Program-made: the position numbers and the translations under genes | DNA from: an uncultured Fidelibacterota bacterium | GTDB taxonomy: Bacteria; Fidelibacterota; Marinisomatia; Marinisomatales; UBA1611 | Assembly (NCBI GenBank): GCA_902611135.1 | Contig: CACLYL010000002.1 | Location: 167 to 64,166, forward strand | DNA: 64,000 bases | Reading direction: 5' to 3' | The notes under the pieces: model-generated | Told to the model about the DNA's origin: nothing | Seen by the model: the letters and a program-made list of their open reading frames with translations, nothing else | The model's database searches: none | Part shown: piece after piece, positions 19,040 to 28,253 of the stretch | Numbering within the stretch: the first letter of the stretch is position 1 | Layout: every line of letters starts with the position of its first letter

Positions 19040-20155
19040 ATGAATAAAATTAGAATACTATTCGATAGTTATCATTTATACCATCTACCTCAATTTGACC
19101 CTTTAATTGATTTATTATCAGTAGATAATAGATTTCAACTATTTCATTCTACATGCTCAGAAAATAAAAAAGTGGAAATTGATTTATGTTTAAGGATTCT
19201 TAAATCGAGACCTGGTGACGTTATTTACTCTGACAATGAGATTGAAAGGGCAAAAAAAGTAAAAGAACTTAATCTCGATGTTTTTATTTGTGGATGGTCA
19301 AGGTACCCTATTCATCATTTTGTTAATGCCAAAACTATTGTTGGGATGATGTATCATGGCATAGGTGTAAAACCCTCATATTGGCTGGATAATTCAGATC
19401 GCCTGAATATACGTTTTGTAGAGGGAGAATATCGAGTTAATCAGCTTCGAGAGGAAGGAGTAAAAACGAAACTTGCTCTGACAGGTTTTACAAAGTTGGA
19501 TCCACTATTTAATAATGATAATAAAAAAGTAAATGCGATAAGAGACTCCTTGAATTTAGACTCAACAAAAAAAACTATTTTATTTGCACCTACCTTCTAT
19601 CCAAGTTCAATCGAAAAGTTTGGGATTCATTTTGGTGAATTAACAAAAAGTTTTAATGTGATTTTAAAGCCTCACATGTGGACATTTTTTCTAGATAATT
19701 TTTCAGAATACAATCTAAAACCACAAAGGGAATTAGTTTATAAATTAGCAGAAAAATTTGAGCATATAAAACTTTTAGAGCCTCAAGCTTACAACATTGT
19801 TCCATATTATCAAATATCAGATTTGTTACTAACGGAAGCGTCAAGTACAATTTATGAAATGATAGCTTTAAAAAAGCCGGTAGTTGTGAATCGATTTTTT
19901 AAGTTAAAGCTTTCTCATAAACTATTTAGATATCGTTTATTCAAAAAAAGGCTAAGCAAGGAGATGAGTAATGATATTTCAAATTTTTGTTTTGAAATGT
20001 ACAGACCAGATGAAATCAGAAAGACTATAAGATTTGCCCTAGAAAATAATGATAAAAAGATACATACTCTTAAAAAATATCAGAAACAAATGCTCTATAA
20101 GCTAGATGGTCAATGTGCTGCAAGAGTAAGAGATGAAATCTTAAATATGTTATAA
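19040..20155 (+). CDS. TagB/TagF-like CDP-alcohol glycerophosphotransferase family protein (paralog 1)
   Basis: 371 aa. MMYHGIGVK, ILFAPTFYPSS and LLTEASSTIYEMIALKKPVV resemble Glyphos_transf (PF04464) signatures. This call is from motif recall only. Confidence 0.6.
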   Translation: MNKIRILFDSYHLYHLPQFDPLIDLLSVDNRFQLFHSTCSENKKVEIDLCLRILKSRPGDVIYSDNEIERAKKVKELNLDVFICGWSRYPIHHFVNAKTIVGMMYHGIGVKPSYWLDNSDRLNIRFVEGEYRVNQLREEGVKTKLALTGFTKLDPLFNNDNKKVNAIRDSLNLDSTKKTILFAPTFYPSSIEKFGIHFGELTKSFNVILKPHMWTFFLDNFSEYNLKPQRELVYKLAEKFEHIKLLEPQAYNIVPYYQISDLLLTEASSTIYEMIALKKPVVVNRFFKLKLSHKLFRYRLFKKRLSKEMSNDISNFCFEMYRPDEIRKTIRFALENNDKKIHTLKKYQKQMLYKLDGQCAARVRDEILNML

Positions 20156-20158
20156 TTT

Positions 20159-21184
20159 ATGCGACTTTTATTTTTTATTACTAAACCATATTCAGTTCCT
20201 ATTTTAAATCCAATAAATGATTATTGTGTAGAATATAATGGAATAAATATTGCATGGTTCAAGGCTGGAGCCGCAAAAAATCTTAAGATTAAGGGATTGA
20301 CTCTAAAATCTGATGATGAGGTATTTAGCTACAATCCTGATGCAATTATTGTTCCAGGAAATGTTGTCCCTCATTATTGGCCGGGTGTAAAAGTTCAAAT
20401 TTTTCATGGACTTTGCGAGGAGAAAAAGGGGCATTATGATATAACAGGTTTTTTTGATTTATATTGTACACCAGGTCCCTTAATTACTGAGAAATTTCAA
20501 GTTTTGCAAAAAAAATATAAGTCATTTTTGGTCAAGGAAACAGGTTGGCCAAAATTGGATAATCTTTTTAAAAAGTTAAATTCTTCAAAGAAAATAAAAT
20601 CTGAAAAATCAAAAAAAGAAAAAAAAACTATATTATATGCGCCAACCTTTTCACGAAAATATAAATCATCAAGCTCTTTATTTAATGCAATAAAAAAAAC
20701 TCAAAAATATAAATTTAATTGGCTAGTAAAATTTCATAATTTAGAGAAAGAATCAGTTGTCAAAAAGTATGAAACATTATCCTCTGATTATTTTAAAATT
20801 ATTGAAGATGATAATATTTTAAATTTAATGGAATCAGCAGATATCTTGATAACAGATACCTCATCGGTTGCATATGAATACTTATTATTTAATCGACCAA
20901 TAATCACTTACAAAGCTGAAACCAGATTTGAAAAAGGGATAAATATTTTACAGTCTGATGACTTAATTGGTGCTATAGTGCGATCAATAGAGGATCCAGA
21001 TGAACTTAAACAATCAAGGGATGAAATATTAAATGACATTCACCCATATCAAGATGGTAAATCATCAAAGCGGCTAATAGAAACTATTTCTGATTTTATA
21101 AAAAATAAAGAATTTAAAAATTTGAAAAGAAAGTCTAGAAATTGGTATAGAAAAATGCAGATTAGGAGAATCGTCTCATCATGA
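20159..21184 (+). CDS. TagB/TagF-like CDP-alcohol glycerophosphotransferase family protein (paralog 2)
   Basis: 341 aa with IFHGL, ILYAPTFS and LITDTSSVAYEYLLFNRPIITY. It is the closest of the three paralogs to the canonical TagF C-terminal motif. Confidence 0.6.
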   Translation: MRLLFFITKPYSVPILNPINDYCVEYNGINIAWFKAGAAKNLKIKGLTLKSDDEVFSYNPDAIIVPGNVVPHYWPGVKVQIFHGLCEEKKGHYDITGFFDLYCTPGPLITEKFQVLQKKYKSFLVKETGWPKLDNLFKKLNSSKKIKSEKSKKEKKTILYAPTFSRKYKSSSSLFNAIKKTQKYKFNWLVKFHNLEKESVVKKYETLSSDYFKIIEDDNILNLMESADILITDTSSVAYEYLLFNRPIITYKAETRFEKGINILQSDDLIGAIVRSIEDPDELKQSRDEILNDIHPYQDGKSSKRLIETISDFIKNKEFKNLKRKSRNWYRKMQIRRIVSS

Positions 21185-22233
21185 GAATCCTATTCGAACT
21201 CCAACACCTATATTACCTTGCTCAGTTTGAATCTGTAATATGCAAGCTTAGAGATTATTATAACCATGATCTTTTTATTTCACTGAACCTGTCTGTTCCA
21301 AAGATTGAAAAAGACTTATTTTACAAAGAGGTTATGAGGTTAAAAATAGAATTAATTAAGGCCAATTTTGAACCTCAAAGAAAAAGAATTTTAAAAGAAA
21401 TGAAGTTTGATTTGATATTTGTTGGAAATAAATCTTCAATTTTAGACATAAAAGCAAAAAATTCTTTTGTTGTTATGATCTATCATGGCATTGGTGTCAA
21501 ATCTTCTTATTATAATGATTTGACGAAAAATATGGATTTGATTTGTGTTGAGTCAGTTGACAGAGAAACTATACTCAAAAAAATGAACTTTAATGCTGTT
21601 AATACGGGTTTTCCCAAGTTTGACTTACTTAGGAACAAAAAACCTAAAACAAAAAATGAATACTTACTATATGCACCTACATTTTTTCCATCATCATTAC
21701 AAAATACAATTCCTTATTTAAGAACAATAGATCATTTTAATGTCTTAATAAAATTACATCATTTTTTTTGGACGAAAAAAAAATATATTAGTCATAAAAG
21801 TGCTTTAGAAAATGAAATTAAAAAGCTTAAAAATATCAAAATTGTTCCTTTTGAGTGTCATAATATTCTTGACCTTTTTCATCAGTCTAGTGTTTTAATT
21901 ACTGATTTTTCATCGGCAATTTTTGAATATCTTGTCATGGATAATCCAATTGTCCAAACTAATTATTATTCTCTAAGACTGAAGTATAGGCTATTTCCTG
22001 CACTCTTTAAAAGAAGGATGGATCATGAACGGCAAAAACAAATTAATTTTTCTATTATTTGTAGAGAACCCCAAGAATTAAATGTCGTTATTAAGAAAGC
22101 ATTAGATAATACAAAAAAACTATCAAGAGAAAGAAAAAATGCTCAAAAAAAATTTCTTGGCAAAGTAGATTTTAAATGTGCTGATAGAATTTTAGAGGCT
22201 ATCACTAATTTTGGAATTTCAATTGGCGCTTAA
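21181..22233 (+). CDS. TagB/TagF-like CDP-alcohol glycerophosphotransferase family protein (paralog 3)
   Basis: 350 aa with MIYHGIGVKSSYY, LLYAPTFFPSS and LITDFSSAIFEYLVMDNPIV. Its N-terminus parallels paralog 1 (LYYLAQFESVI versus LYHLPQFDPLI). It overlaps the preceding gene by 4 nt. Confidence 0.6.
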   Translation: MRILFELQHLYYLAQFESVICKLRDYYNHDLFISLNLSVPKIEKDLFYKEVMRLKIELIKANFEPQRKRILKEMKFDLIFVGNKSSILDIKAKNSFVVMIYHGIGVKSSYYNDLTKNMDLICVESVDRETILKKMNFNAVNTGFPKFDLLRNKKPKTKNEYLLYAPTFFPSSLQNTIPYLRTIDHFNVLIKLHHFFWTKKKYISHKSALENEIKKLKNIKIVPFECHNILDLFHQSSVLITDFSSAIFEYLVMDNPIVQTNYYSLRLKYRLFPALFKRRMDHERQKQINFSIICREPQELNVVIKKALDNTKKLSRERKNAQKKFLGKVDFKCADRILEAITNFGISIGA

Positions 22234-22260
22234 TTTTGATTTGGGTAATTTAATCAATAC

Positions 22261-22974
22261 ATGAAAGCATTTATATTAGCAGCAGGTGTTTCTCGTCGTC
22301 TATATCCCCACACATATTCGACTCCAAAGTGTTTACTTGAAGTAGGCGGAAAGGCAATCATTGATTATCAATTAGAAGCTTTGGAACATCTAGGAGTAAA
22401 TCATGTAATCATGATAGTGGGTTATCATCGTGAGTTATTAATAGATTATGTTAAAAAAAAATTTTCGCAGATTAAATTTTCATTTGTTATAAATCATCAT
22501 TATTTTGAAACCAATACAGCATACTCTGTTTTTTTAGGCAGGAGACAACTTTTAAAAAGTGACTTTTTATTAATGAATGCAGACGTTGTTTACCCTAAAA
22601 AATTATTAATCAAAATTTTTAATTCCTCCTTTAAAACTGCTCTGGCAGTTGATCACAAAACTTGTGGTCGAGAAGAGGTTAAAGTGATAGATGGCGGGAA
22701 AAATAAAATTGTTGCAATAGGTAAAGATCTTATAGAAAATCAATGTCTCGGTGAGTTTATTGGAGTTGCGAAGTTATCTAAAGATTTTAATAAATTATTT
22801 GTAAATTCAATCGAAAATCTTATCGATGCAGGAGGGAAAAATGATTATTTTGAGGCGGCTATACAGCCTATATTAAATACCACTGATGTAAACCATGTCG
22901 ATATATCAAAGTACCCATGCCTTGAAATTGATTTTATCGATGATTTAATATGTGCTAGAAAATTATTTCATTGA
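22261..22974 (+). CDS. Nucleotidyltransferase (LicC/cytidylyltransferase-like, NTP_transferase fold)
   Basis: 237 aa. The N-terminal MKAFILAAGVSRRL ... PKCLLEVGGKAIIDYQLEAL is the GxGxR nucleotide-binding signature of sugar- or alcohol-phosphate nucleotidyltransferases. Confidence 0.65.
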   Translation: MKAFILAAGVSRRLYPHTYSTPKCLLEVGGKAIIDYQLEALEHLGVNHVIMIVGYHRELLIDYVKKKFSQIKFSFVINHHYFETNTAYSVFLGRRQLLKSDFLLMNADVVYPKKLLIKIFNSSFKTALAVDHKTCGREEVKVIDGGKNKIVAIGKDLIENQCLGEFIGVAKLSKDFNKLFVNSIENLIDAGGKNDYFEAAIQPILNTTDVNHVDISKYPCLEIDFIDDLICARKLFH

Positions 22975-23007
22975 TTAATATTATTAAAACAAGGGGAATT
23001 AAAATTT

Positions 23008-24279
23008 ATGAATTTATTAAAAAAAGAATTATCCGATCAGATTCCTATAGTCCAAAATGAAATTAAATCACTGATAGATCAAAAAGGCTCTGAAAAAATA
23101 AGTGAAGTAACAGTGGCTCAGGCTTATTCTGGCCTAAGGGGTATAAAGGCTTTTGTTTGTGATACATCCTCTGTATCAGCAGACCAAGGATTAATTATTC
23201 GAGGAATGCCTTTACTTGAAATAACTCATATTTCTCCAGAGGAGGTGTTTTTTTTACTTTTAACGAGCCGTCTGCCTGATGAAACTGAGATTAATGATTT
23301 AAAAAAAGAATTTTCAAAACATCTAAGTGTACCAGATTATGTCTGGAATGTTTTAAATGAAATGCCAAAAAACTCCCATCCAATGACAATGTTTAATACA
23401 GGTATTTTGGTAATGCAAGGTGAAAGTATTTTTAAAAAGAGATTCAACAAGGGAATGAAAAAATCTGAATATTGGGAAGCGGTGCTTGATGATGGTGTTC
23501 GACTACTTGCTAAATTACCTAGTTTAGGTGCTGGAATTTATAGGATGTGCTTTGAAAAAGGAGATCGTATTTCGCCAGATTCAAATCTTGATTGGTCTGG
23601 GAATTTTGTTAAAATGATAGGTTTGTCAGATGATAATGGTGACTTTCATAAATTAATGAAGTTATACTTAATGCTCCATTGCGATCATGAGGGTGGAAAT
23701 GTAAGTGCTTTTGCTTCTCATACTGTTGCATCTGCTCTATCTGATCCGTATTATGCGGTATCCGCAGGTTTGAATGGTTTAGCTGGGCCTCTCCACGGAC
23801 TTGCGAATCAAGAATGTCTTAAATTTGTATTAAGTATAAGAGATCACTTTAATGGTGTTCCTAATGCAGATGAGTTGAAAAAGTTTTGTTGGGATAGGTT
23901 AAATAGTGGAAGGGTAATTCCTGGATACGGGCATGCAGTTCTTCGGTGTCCTGATCCAAGGTTTACTGCGTTTGTTGAATTTGGACAGAAGCATATCAAA
24001 GAAGATAATGTTTTCGAAATTGTAGATAAATTATTTAAAATTGTCCCTGATGTTTTATTAGATCAAGGGAAAGCAAAAAATCCCTGGCCAAATGTTGATG
24101 CTGCTTCAGGGTCACTATTATATTATTATGGTTTAAAGGAATTTAACTTTTATACAGTTCTTTTTAGTATATCTAGAACAATGGGTATGATCTCTCAAAT
24201 GGTTTGGGAAAGGGCACTAGGTATTCCAATAACAAGACCAAAATCAGTAACAACTGACTGGATTAAATCAACGGTTTAG
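23008..24279 (+). CDS. gltA: Citrate synthase
   Basis: 423 aa with LHCDHEGGNVSA, PGYGHAVLRCPDPR and NVDAASG, the catalytic His/His/Asp context of citrate synthases. Confidence 0.9.
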   Translation: MNLLKKELSDQIPIVQNEIKSLIDQKGSEKISEVTVAQAYSGLRGIKAFVCDTSSVSADQGLIIRGMPLLEITHISPEEVFFLLLTSRLPDETEINDLKKEFSKHLSVPDYVWNVLNEMPKNSHPMTMFNTGILVMQGESIFKKRFNKGMKKSEYWEAVLDDGVRLLAKLPSLGAGIYRMCFEKGDRISPDSNLDWSGNFVKMIGLSDDNGDFHKLMKLYLMLHCDHEGGNVSAFASHTVASALSDPYYAVSAGLNGLAGPLHGLANQECLKFVLSIRDHFNGVPNADELKKFCWDRLNSGRVIPGYGHAVLRCPDPRFTAFVEFGQKHIKEDNVFEIVDKLFKIVPDVLLDQGKAKNPWPNVDAASGSLLYYYGLKEFNFYTVLFSISRTMGMISQMVWERALGIPITRPKSVTTDWIKSTV

Positions 24280-26526
24280 ATGTTACTAAAGTGGATAAAA
24301 TATTCGCTTTTGTTAGGATTGATAAATGGGGTTTTAAACTCAAGTGATATATTTCAGTCTGTTCGCGTTTTTAACCCCAACAATGAAGAAATTACTTTAA
24401 TTTCAAATATTGGGATACCACTTGATCACATTTCAGGCAAACCCGGAATATACCTTGATATAGTTGCTACAGAGGACCAAGTGATAGAATTAATTCACAA
24501 GGAAATTGATTTTGAGATTCTAGTACCAGATTTAACTAAATATTATCAAGAAAATAATAGACCGGAAACTAACCGAGATTTTCCGCTGGGTTCAATGCTA
24601 GGTAATTATACCTTGGATGAATTGAATGAAAGATTTGATATTTTGCTTGAACAATACCCAGAAATAATTTCAGAGAGATTTATTATTGGACAATCTCTTG
24701 AAGGAAATGATATTTGGGCATTTAAAGTTTCAGACAATCCTAATGAGAATGAAAACGAACCTGAACTACTTCTAACAGGCTTGATTCATGCACGTGAGCC
24801 TCTAAGCATGATGAATATCTTTTACTTTGTACAACTATTGGCAGAAAATTATGATTCAGATCCTGAATTAAATTATTTAGTTAATAATCGAGAAATGTGG
24901 TTTATACCAGTTTTGAATCCTGATGGATATATTTATAATGAATCAATAGAGCCAAGCGGTGGTGGAATGCATCGCAAGAATCGTAAGGACACGGGCTGTG
25001 GTAATGGCACTAGTAGAGGTGTTGACTTAAACCGTAATTTTGGTTTTGGTTGGGGCTCAGATGATATAGGTTCATCACCCGATCCATGTAGTGTCGTTTA
25101 CAGAGGAGAATCAGCTTTTTCAGAGCCTGAAACTCAAATTGTTCGAGATTTTATTTTGGAACACGATTTTAAAATTATTCTTCATTACCATTCTTATTCC
25201 AATATTTACATACATCCTTTCGGTGATGGCACCGTTCCTGATGAACCAATATTAACTACTTTTCGAGAGATTGGAAATGAGATGGCTGAATACAATGGAT
25301 ATGCAGTAGGTACTGGTTTAGCAACGATTGGATACACAGTAAATGGTGATGCAGTAGATTGGACCTTTGGAGATCAGAATATAATTACCTATGTTCCAGA
25401 GATTGGTACACAAGCACAAGGGTTCTGGCCACCAGAAAACCAGGTTATTGATCTTTGTGAGGATCAAGTCCATTCAAATAAAGTAGTTTCGTTTGTTGCA
25501 GGTTGTGATTTGATAATTTATGAACATCAAATTGATCAAGATATAATTAATGGAGGTGATGAATTTGATATTGAAATTACAATCCAAAATCGAGGACTAG
25601 CTAATTCAGGGAATGAAGTTTTAGTAACTATCCAACCTTTAGATAATATGACCTCAACAGATATTGAAACCTTTTTAATAAGTGAAATTGATTCTAGAGA
25701 TTCAGATAGCTTTTCTGTCACATGCAGTATTTCAAATAGTGCAATGGATGGTTTTTATTCGGGGCTAATTATTTCTATTGAAAATGAAAACTCATACAGT
25801 AGGAATGACACGATTAAATTTATCATAGGTACCCCAGAAATATTATTTTATGATGGATTCGAACAGGGGGACAACAATTGGAATTTAAATGGAGATTGGG
25901 GATTGACTGAAGATGCACAAACCGGTATTTATGCACTTACAGATAGTCCAGAGGGTGATTATCAAGAAGCTCAAACCACTATTGCAGAGATGACTTTTGA
26001 TTTAGATCTTTCCTTGATTGCAATACCTAAAATATCTTTTCAAGCAAAGTGGGATATCGAACCCAATTATGACTTTGTACGAATTCAAGTTAATACGATT
26101 GATGAGGGGTGGATAAGTTTGGTAGGTAATTACACAAGTCCAGGAACTGGTCAGACAGCACAACCTTTTGGAGAGCCTGGATATGACGGATTTCAGGAAT
26201 CCTGGGTAGAAGAAACTATTTTATTGGATCAAATTGGAAATGTTCAAATCACAAGTTTACGGTTCATTCAAACATCTGATAATTTTGTTGAGGGCGATGG
26301 TTTTGCATTTGATGATTTTACAATTACAGGGTTTCCAAATGGTATGATGGGTGATTTTAATTTAGATTCATCTGTGGACATTTTTGACCTACTCGGGATT
26401 GCAGATGTTTTAATTTTTGGGGAAGATCCATCTAATAGTCAACTTTTTTTATGCGATTTAGATGGAAGTGGAACATTAGATATCATGGATATGATATTAC
26501 TGTCTAATATGATAATGGGATTTTAA
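24280..26526 (+). CDS. Secreted M14-family zinc carboxypeptidase with a C-terminal dockerin-type module
   Basis: 748 aa with a signal peptide. GLIHAREPLS supplies the HxxE zinc ligands, and VDLNRNF and HYHSYS are also present. The last 58 aa carry two Ca-binding-loop repeats, GDFNLDSSVDIFDLLGIADVL and CDLDGSGTLDIMDMILLSNMI. Confidence 0.8.
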   Translation: MLLKWIKYSLLLGLINGVLNSSDIFQSVRVFNPNNEEITLISNIGIPLDHISGKPGIYLDIVATEDQVIELIHKEIDFEILVPDLTKYYQENNRPETNRDFPLGSMLGNYTLDELNERFDILLEQYPEIISERFIIGQSLEGNDIWAFKVSDNPNENENEPELLLTGLIHAREPLSMMNIFYFVQLLAENYDSDPELNYLVNNREMWFIPVLNPDGYIYNESIEPSGGGMHRKNRKDTGCGNGTSRGVDLNRNFGFGWGSDDIGSSPDPCSVVYRGESAFSEPETQIVRDFILEHDFKIILHYHSYSNIYIHPFGDGTVPDEPILTTFREIGNEMAEYNGYAVGTGLATIGYTVNGDAVDWTFGDQNIITYVPEIGTQAQGFWPPENQVIDLCEDQVHSNKVVSFVAGCDLIIYEHQIDQDIINGGDEFDIEITIQNRGLANSGNEVLVTIQPLDNMTSTDIETFLISEIDSRDSDSFSVTCSISNSAMDGFYSGLIISIENENSYSRNDTIKFIIGTPEILFYDGFEQGDNNWNLNGDWGLTEDAQTGIYALTDSPEGDYQEAQTTIAEMTFDLDLSLIAIPKISFQAKWDIEPNYDFVRIQVNTIDEGWISLVGNYTSPGTGQTAQPFGEPGYDGFQESWVEETILLDQIGNVQITSLRFIQTSDNFVEGDGFAFDDFTITGFPNGMMGDFNLDSSVDIFDLLGIADVLIFGEDPSNSQLFLCDLDGSGTLDIMDMILLSNMIMGF

Positions 26527-26528
26527 AT

Positions 26529-28184
26529 GTGAGAGTACCTCTTTTAATTTTTATCTTTTTAAATCTTTTATCTTCTCAAAAATATGACTCGCTTTTTATT
26601 GAAGCTGGTAATCGAGGGTATTATTATAAAGTATGGGTTTATTTTGATAAAAAAGTTGAAGAAAAATATATTTCGCTTTCAAGCAAAAATCTGAACCGAA
26701 GAGTTAAAAATAATTCAAATTTTAAAAATAATTGGTATGATCAAAAAATTTCAGAAAAGTATAAAAAGGAGCTTAGGAGATTAGGATTTCAAATTGAGAA
26801 TGAGAGTAGATGGTTAAATGCTGTAACTCTAAAGTGCTCTAAGTCAGATTTATCAAAAATATCAAACCTGTTCTTTGTGAAGAAAATTAAACCCGTAATA
26901 TTGAGAAAAAAGCAGCGTCTAAAATATGAACAAATTGCATCTTACAATAGCGAACGAGATATTAATTATGGCGGTTCTGAGGCACAAATGAATCAAATAA
27001 ATTGTATAGCTGCACATGAATCAGGATTTTATGGTCAAGGCGTTAGAGTGTTATATATCGATACAGGATATGATTTGACACACGAGGCGTTTGATTCATT
27101 AAATCTTGTATACCAATATGATTTTATAAATGATGATTTAAATACGACAAATGAAACAGATGAAGAAATAGCAAATAGTCAAGATAATCATGGTACATTG
27201 TGCTTAAGTGTTCTGGGTGGTTTTAAAGATGGATCTTTAATAGGTCCAGCCTATAAATCTGAGTTTTTATTAGCTAAAACAGAAATTGTAGCTGAGGAAA
27301 TCCAAGCTGAAGAAGATAATTTTGTAGCAGCTTTAGAATGGGGAGAGCAAAATGGAGCAGATATTGCAGTCTCATCTTTGGGCTATTCTGATTGGTATGA
27401 GTACGAAAATATGGATGGAAATACAGCTGTAACTACCATTGCTGTTGATATTGCCGCTAGCTTAGGTGTTTTGTGTGTTAATTCTGCGGGTAATAGTGGT
27501 AATTCTCAATGGAATTATATAACCGCTCCCGCTGATGCAGACTCAGTTATTTCAGTAGGAGCAGTTGATTTGGATGGGAATCTTGCATCATTTAGCTCTA
27601 AGGGCCCGACTTATGATGGAAGGTTAAAGCCTGAGGTTTGTGCTCTGGGAATTAATACATACTGCGTTAGATCCAATACTTTATCTGATTACAGAACGGC
27701 TAGTGGGACTTCTTTGTCTTCTCCATTAGTTGGTGGTGCAGCTGCAGTAATTCTATCTGCAAATTTCAATTTAACTGCCATGCAAATTAGAGAAATTTTG
27801 ATGAATACAGGTTCAAATTCAGCAGACCCAGATACAAGTTTGGGTTATGGGGTTATAAATGTGGTAGATGCTATAAATTATTCCTATGAAATGAAATTAG
27901 ATGAAAAAATAACGACTGTAGAGGATTTTACAATTTCAGGAATATACCCAAATCCCTTTAATCCTCACTTAAATATTCAATTAACAAATGTTAAAGGGAG
28001 AAATGTTAAAATTGTTGTTCACGATATAAATGGTCGTTTGATAGAAAATTTATATCAAGGCAAAGCTTTGTCCTTTAATCTCAATATTAAGTGGTCCCCA
28101 AAAGATATTCCATCAGGTTTATATCTAATAAGTGCTTCCTCTGGGAATCATAAAAAAGTACAAAAGGCTATGTATTTAAAATAA
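26529..28184 (+). CDS. Secreted S8-family (subtilisin-like) serine peptidase with a T9SS C-terminal sorting domain
   Basis: GTG start 2 nt after the M14 gene. The catalytic triad contexts are YIDTGYD, DNHGTLC and ASGTSLSSPLVGG. The C-terminus is GIYPNPFNPHLNIQL ... GLYLISASSG. Confidence 0.85.
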   Translation: MRVPLLIFIFLNLLSSQKYDSLFIEAGNRGYYYKVWVYFDKKVEEKYISLSSKNLNRRVKNNSNFKNNWYDQKISEKYKKELRRLGFQIENESRWLNAVTLKCSKSDLSKISNLFFVKKIKPVILRKKQRLKYEQIASYNSERDINYGGSEAQMNQINCIAAHESGFYGQGVRVLYIDTGYDLTHEAFDSLNLVYQYDFINDDLNTTNETDEEIANSQDNHGTLCLSVLGGFKDGSLIGPAYKSEFLLAKTEIVAEEIQAEEDNFVAALEWGEQNGADIAVSSLGYSDWYEYENMDGNTAVTTIAVDIAASLGVLCVNSAGNSGNSQWNYITAPADADSVISVGAVDLDGNLASFSSKGPTYDGRLKPEVCALGINTYCVRSNTLSDYRTASGTSLSSPLVGGAAAVILSANFNLTAMQIREILMNTGSNSADPDTSLGYGVINVVDAINYSYEMKLDEKITTVEDFTISGIYPNPFNPHLNIQLTNVKGRNVKIVVHDINGRLIENLYQGKALSFNLNIKWSPKDIPSGLYLISASSGNHKKVQKAMYLK

Positions 28185-28253
28185 TACTAGAGAAGTATTA
28201 CTTGCTTTGGGCATAATAAATGTTCAAATTAAATCTCGCCTAAAACAAATCAT

